DNA of 64,000 nt from Chrysomallon squamiferum (lineage: Eukaryota > Animalia > Mollusca): NCBI GenBank assembly GCA_012295275.1, contig CM022668.1, positions 5,332,001-5,396,000 on the forward strand, given 5' to 3'. The position numbers and the translations under genes are program-made. The first letter of the stretch is position 1. Each line of letters starts with the position of its first letter. The notes beneath the pieces are model-generated. The model saw nothing but the letters and a program-made list of their open reading frames with translations, was not told the DNA's origin and searched no databases. Positions 57,805 through 64,000 of this stretch are shown here, piece after piece.

Positions 57805-60800
57805 TTGTTTATTTTTTTAACTTTTCTTAATTATTCGTAATTTCAATACTTTTTCATATATTTGTTTTTCATTTTGACTCTTTTTTCAGAGAATCATTAC
57901 CAAAATTCTGTTTTTATTTTTTATGAAAATATTTTGTTTTCAGATCCTGAGATCAGCAGTAGAGAACCAGTAGCAGATGAAGCTACCACAACAGGTAAAT
58001 ATTCATTTTATTAATTTTAAATTGGTTTTGGACAAGATTTTTTTCTGATAAAGATCAGAATAAAAAGATATTTGTGACTTTGTTACTTTTTAAACAGTCA
58101 GTATAAATGTGTTTACATCCAGTTAATTGTTTTATTAGTCTAATTACTTTTATTCAAATACTATGTTATTAGCAAACATTTATCCCAGTAAACTGATAAA
58201 ATCAATAATTTATAAATATGTATACAAAATGTATTTAAACTATTTGTTTGCATTTGTGTGAGTGTTTGTGTGTGTGTGTGTAATTTTTATTTATGTCGAA
58301 AGTTCCATCTGCTGTTTTTATTTTTTATGAAAATATGTTTCAGACCCTGAGATCAGCATAAGACAACAAAGGACACATGAAGCTAACAGAATAGGTAATT
58401 ATACATTTTATAGATTTTTCATTGCTTTTAGAGAAATTTGTTTTTCTAACAATCAAGTACAGAACAAGAACATATTTCAGATTTTGTTGCTTTTTAAATA
58501 GAAAGTATAAATCTGTTTACTTCCAATTGATTGTATTATTTGTTTTTGGAGGCCAGACTTTTCTAATTACAACATACGAGAAACTTTGTATTACCACAGG
58601 TCAAGTAAACTTAAATATTTAACATGAATTTAATCTGACCATAATATTGACATGCAATATTGCTAGTCAACAACGCTTGAATTTAATAATAAAGGTAATT
58701 TATTTCTGGTACTTTTTCCATATGGCTTGAAGAAATAAAGTGACCTTAGATCTGGTACCATCTTGTATTTTATTTCTATTTTTTGAAAGGACAACAAGAA
58801 ATTATTCACCTGCATAGTTCTACTCTTTGTTATTTTATCATTTTACCTTATTATTAGCAAATAAGTGACATCGCAAAAGAAATAAAGAAATCAAATTAAG
58901 CTGCATATATTTTAATTTTATAGCAGAACTTACTCTGAGTTGTGTTACTTATTATTTAATTTTTAATTTTTCAATTATTTATTAAAAATCACCAGCAAAC
59001 CAGATTCGAAACGTCGTACAGCAGTTAGAAAGAAATGATGTAGATCAGGGTCCTGTCCCCTACTACAAAATGGATGCTAATCCTCGAGGTATATTTTCAA
59101 ATAAATATTTTACTAATTTGGGATCAGCAGGACATTTTTAATAACAGTATTAGATTTGGTACAAACAATATAGGTGAGAGGTATGTGTCACACATACATA
59201 TTCATTCATTTTTTTTTTATGCCTTTGTGATTTGTTTGGTGCTGTTTATGCAGACCTGCACTGACAGAGATCTGAATTCTCCAGTGTGTAAGTCATGTTT
59301 CCCTGCTCTTACTCCAGCTAGTGTATTCTGATGAGTGATTCATAAACACAAACACAGTCTGGGCTCTCCACATTCGTATCACTGTATCTGTCCCTCATTC
59401 TTTCTCTCTGTTTCTCTTTGTCTGGCTCCCTTAAATATATGTTGTGTTTTTTATCTGTTTTATTCTAGGAATATGTTTAATAATCAACAATAGAGATTTT
59501 AAGAAGGATCGAGTGAAGCCAGAAGCTAAAGATTTGCCAAATAGAGAGGGAACTGATGTAGATGCTGGTAAGTTTTACTTTGAAAGAGAATAGTAGTAGC
59601 AACAACAAGAACTATAGAACTTTCAGAATATAAATTTATGTCATAAACGAAAACAATGATCAAACACCATCTATTACAAAAATAATAAAAAAATTTGGTT
59701 CAGACCCAACATACACATACATACACATCAATATTACATACCTAGTTTTACAATATGTAAACAAATTTTATTTCTAGTTAAGCTGAAAGAAACTTTTGAG
59801 AAACTTCACTTCATCATCCAAGATGAAGAAAATTTGTCTGACACTGACATGGTTCAGACTGTAAATCAGCTGGCTTTGTCTGATCACAGTGACTATGACT
59901 GTTTTGTGTGTTGTATTTTGTCACACGGAGACGAAGGTGTGATATACGGATGTAACGGTTTGCCTGTACAGATCAGAGACTTGACTGAACCATTTAGAGC
60001 TCAGTCATGTCTAACACTGAGTGGGAAACCAAAGTTGTTTTTCATGCAGGCTTGTCAGGGGAAGGAAAAACAACTAGGTATGTATGGCAGCTGTTAAAAA
60101 TAATTTCTCAAAACTACATATATGATTTTTTGTTGTATTTAGTCACATACATGTTATACTGTGTGGCCTAAATCTGTGCCAATTGTCATCTTGTTGTTTA
60201 ATACATGAGAAAGACATTTTTGTGTAAAAGAATTTGCTACAAGTTTATACTAACATTGTCCACAAATGATAACATTTTTGTGTTTATTTGCTCTAAAATA
60301 CTTCATCTATAGTTACAAATATCTGTATGGATTTTGGTATGAGTTTGTATGCAATTAGGATTAATATTTTTAAAATATCAGAACTTGATTTCTGATACAT
60401 CTATTTACAGGATATAATGCACAGATGGATGGTGATACTGACATGGATGTTCAGAAGGAAGAAACAAACCCAGAAGAAGGAACAAACCCACAGGCAGAAA
60501 CAAACCAATATGAAGCAGATTTTCTGATAGGATATGCCACAGTACCAGGTTTTGTGTCTTACAGATCAAGATCACATGGATCCTGGTACATCACAAAACT
60601 GACAGAAATTTTAAATAAATATGCTAAAAAGTAAGTAAATGAATTTTATAATTGTATAAAATCTTAAGGGGAAACTTAAGAATCAGCTTGAAGATTACAA
60701 CTAATGTATTCTTGCAGAAATGAGATATAATGCAGAAACATGGACACAAACAAGACAGACAAAGAACAAACTAACAACCAGACAAAATAATTGTTAAGCA

Positions 60801-61799
60801 TCACATCATGACCAAAAACCAACTCACCTGTATAAGATAAAACAAAGGTCGTAGATATCACTGATCAGGTTAGAAGCAGAACACAACAGCTGACCGATGA
60901 TGATGACATTTTGAAAAGAAACAAATATTTTTTAATATATATTGAGTCAGTCTCAGTCTTGTGATATCACTGAAATGTTGTCTTGAGGATTATTTTATTA
61001 GTATAAAAAAGAGGATCATCTACCTGTTCAGGAGATGAAGATATGCAGTTTACAGATTGCTTTTATGTTCACAATGTTGACTGCCTGTTTGGAAATAAAT
61101 TGCAGGTCAAACACCTTTTAGTACTGTTTATGTTTAAATATATACAACTGTTGCATTATTAAAATAAAAACATAAAAAAACTGGTTTAAGAAGTTTGGGT
61201 ACCACTGTTTGCTGTGACTTTGTCTAAGTGTTTTGTGATGTCACATGTTGTTAACTAATACTGTTAGCTGGATGATGATTTTTCTAGGCAGGGCAAATTG
61301 ATTACTGTAATAAAACTTTCAATCAGTAAATCACGAAATTTAGTAGAATTCATGCACATTATATATAATATATTTAATGTACATATGTTAGAAACATCTG
61401 TTACATATGACTGTATTTTAGTTGGAACCTCTGAAGGAATGTTCCTACATTATCATGTTAACTAAAATGTACAAGAAATCATTTCGGTTCTCCTTTCTGA
61501 TCTTTTAAGAAAGTAATAAAAACATAATACAGCTGGGACTTACATACAGATCTGTTTTATACATATATATATTTAATTTTTGTTTTTTTAACCGTATGTA
61601 TATGTTACACGAATATTACTATTTATTACCTTTTAAAATTTATTTTCATTTTATACATTTTTTCAGAGAGGACATCCTCAGTTTGCTGTTGTTAGTAAAT
61701 AATGAAGTATGTAAAGAAAACACCATGATGAATGATGGTACATACAAGCAGTCCCCAGCACCATTGTACACACTGAGGAAGAAGCTGATATTCAAGTGA
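55260..61799 (+). CDS. CASP8: Intact caspase-8-like initiator caspase, copy D (DED-DED-DD-linker-p20-p10), about 684 aa
   Basis: Exons 55260-56040, 56927-57202, 57503-57553, 57944-57994, 58344-58394, 58996-59088, 59469-59567, 59778-60077, 60411-60630, 61667-61799 sum to 2055 nt with no internal stop seen. SHG 59921-59929, QACQG 60047-60061, S1 arginines (NREGTD, VSYRS), C-terminus KQSPAPLYTLRKKLIF. The symbol is a family-level call; orthology not tested. Confidence 0.9.
56927..57202 (+). CDS. Copy D death-domain-like exon (92 codons)
   Basis: AIPDTLIRDIALHISNTQFFALGTQLNIPDLTLQHL...NMIKLWLQT...ITDLSKAMRNCEMTQIAAMLE matches the DD hydrophobic pattern (LG..L.I, M+..W, L..A+..C) by eye. Confidence 0.75.
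57503..58394 (+). repeat. Three tandem 51-nt micro-exons of copy D
   Basis: 57503-57553 DHDVNTREQRTHEADII, 57944-57994 DPEISSREPVADEATTT, 58344-58394 DPEISIRQQRTHEANRI; each tttcag|...G|gtaa. Confidence 0.75.
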
Positions 61800-62175
61800 A
61801 GCAGAACTTTTTAAACTGTATTTATTTTTCAGAGAGGACATCCTCAGTTTGCTCTTGTTAGTAAATAATGAAGTATGTAAAGGAAACGCCACGATGAATG
61901 ATGGTACATACAAGCAGTCTCCAGCACCATTGTCCACACTGAGGAAGAAGCTGATATTCAAGAGAAGCAGAACTTTTCATTTGTATAGTTATTTTAAACT
62001 GTATATATATTTCAGAGAGGACATCCACGATTTGCTGCTGTTAGTAAATAACAAAGTATGTAAAAGAAATGTCATAATGATGAAGCAGTCCCCAGCACTG
62101 TTCAGTATGTTGAGGAAGAAGCTGATATTCAAGCGAAGGATTTATTTATTTGCAAGTGATGTTTTCAAGAATTAA
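61667..62175 (+). repeat. Triplicated terminal exon of copy D
   Basis: Copies start at 61667, 61833 and 62016, each after ttcag|AGAGGACATCC. Copy 1 stops at 61799; copy 2 has TGA>AGA and reads into copy 3; copy 3 has TGA>CGA and stops at 62175. Confidence 0.85.
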
Positions 62176-64000
62176 CCATATATTATTGCAGGTAAATTAT
62201 TGGAAAACTCTCACACTTCCTATCTATCTGTGCTAACATCAATGAGTGGTATGAACTGAAGTAATAATAATAATAATAATAATAACAAAAAAAACAACCC
62301 CAAAACCTTAAAATTAAGTAAGTTCTATATACTTGAATGAAAGAGATATTTAGTTTGGTGCCATGTGTGAAAGAACCTCATTAGTGCCTCTTTTCCCACA
62401 CTTGTTTTCAGTTGTAATTTTGTTTTCTAATGCCAGAAAATGGGGTTAAATACAAAAATAAATAAATAGCAGAGCGTATGCAGTCGTATATGGGCTATTT
62501 AGAAGAAGTTCCGTTATTTAATAAACTAAGAAACTCCGGGATTTAACAAATTCAAAATTGGCATTAAAAGCTAAAAAGTAAATTCAGAAAGGCTATCTGC
62601 AGAGTTGTAGATTGAACACCCAAGTGATGGGTGTATAAGTAGTGGCACGAGTTTTGAACGAGATCTCTTTGATCAGTGCCCTTTTTGAGAGTCTTTGTCT
62701 GCACAAGACAAAGGAAAACGCAGTGGTAAATAAGTTTTAATGTTTAGTATGTGTAAAATACATATTGAATGATTTAAGATAGCTAAATCTATTACTGTTA
62801 CATTTTTATAGCATTATTATGTGGTACGTACTTACTTTTATCATAAAAGGTTAACGTATTTTAATAATTAGAAAGAGTATTTAGAAAGATCAAGTAACCA
62901 ACTGGTCTGAATTAGTTTTATATTATTTGTCAACTCTGTTTGTCAAATTTTAGGTAGTAATACCAGTCAGACTAGTCATTGTGATAGTTGGTGTTTCAAA
63001 CAATTATCCAAATGTTATTTCAGGATAAATTACTGAAAAACATACTACACGTCTGGGTAGTATCAATTGACTGTGTGTTGATGTAATAATGATTTATTTC
63101 TTATTTGTCCAAGTGAAAGACATTTTTTCATTTGTAGAATTATTTTTTATTTTAAATTTTGTTTATTTCGAAATGTTTTCCACAATTAACCCAACATTAT
63201 TTGAAGATAAATTATTGAAAAAATCTGACACATCCTGCTTATCTGTGATAACAACAGTGAGCTGTGTGTATTGACGTACATTTGCAAGCAATTGCTTTGT
63301 TTGTTTGTTAAGGAAGCTATAGAATAATAATAACTGATTTTGAAAATATAATGGGATAAATTTGTTAATTTGCTTAAAGAAATATAAGAAGTTGTTCTGA
63401 TTGAAAATAGCATCTAGTTCCATGATTATTTATTCACATGCATTGCTGTTTCAAAGATATGTATTAACAACAACCTTATATATAATATAAAATGCTTTTT
63501 CTCCTTAACTATAAATTAAATAATAACAAAAGATTATTTTTTTTTTTCAATATTATATTTTTCTCAGCTGTATACAAATTCGAAAGTAATTTTGCACATA
63601 CAAAAATTAAAATCAACAACAAACCTTATTACTCTAAAGACAAAAACTTTCAGTAACAAATGTTTAAGTACTTACCAACATAGAAATTTAAATGACTAGA
63701 AATTATATATTTTTCAAAATATAAAGTTCCAAACCATTTCTATAGCGTTCCACAAAGAATTTGCTTATGCAAGTTTGTAAATAAATGGTCGAGTTATTTA
63801 AAGATATTGAAACTGCCACATCTACTTTTGAGTGTGAGAGAATCCAGTTAAATATTATTACATCTACTATTATTAGCAGCAGTAGCATCATATGAATTTA
63901 TTTATTTACCTATTTCACAGAAATACATCGTATTCGGTTTCTGCTGACAACCGATGATTACAATACACAACCTTATTCCATAAATCTGTCAAATTATATT

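Overview
Very AT-rich, microsatellite-rich, intron-containing animal DNA (invertebrate, possibly mollusc; inferred from composition and gene style only). No prokaryotic features, rRNA, tRNA or CRISPR were seen. The window is a rearranged cluster of caspase-8-like genes. Copy D (55260-61799, +) splices by hand into an intact ~684-aa initiator caspase with an unusual architecture: DED-DED, then a death-domain (DD)-like exon, three 51-nt micro-exons, and a caspase domain (SHG, QACQG). It has three tandem candidate last exons and two tandem NF-kB-type promoter modules. Copy A (3439-10395, +) is full length with two DD exons but has a nonsense codon and two frameshifts. Between them lie a scrambled DED-less relic (17.3-21.1 kb), an inverted prodomain-less copy C with an EACQS active site and a ~1.45-kb 18-bp coding minisatellite (22.3-25.8 kb), a tandem array of cassette exons (32-39.8 kb), a ~7.7-kb palindrome carrying chimeric DD mini-genes (40-47.7 kb), and the 5' half of a GH18 chitinase gene (47.9-49.8 kb, -). 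Splice models and homologies were read by eye; domain calls need HMM confirmation, and some frameshifts or repeats could be assembly errors.
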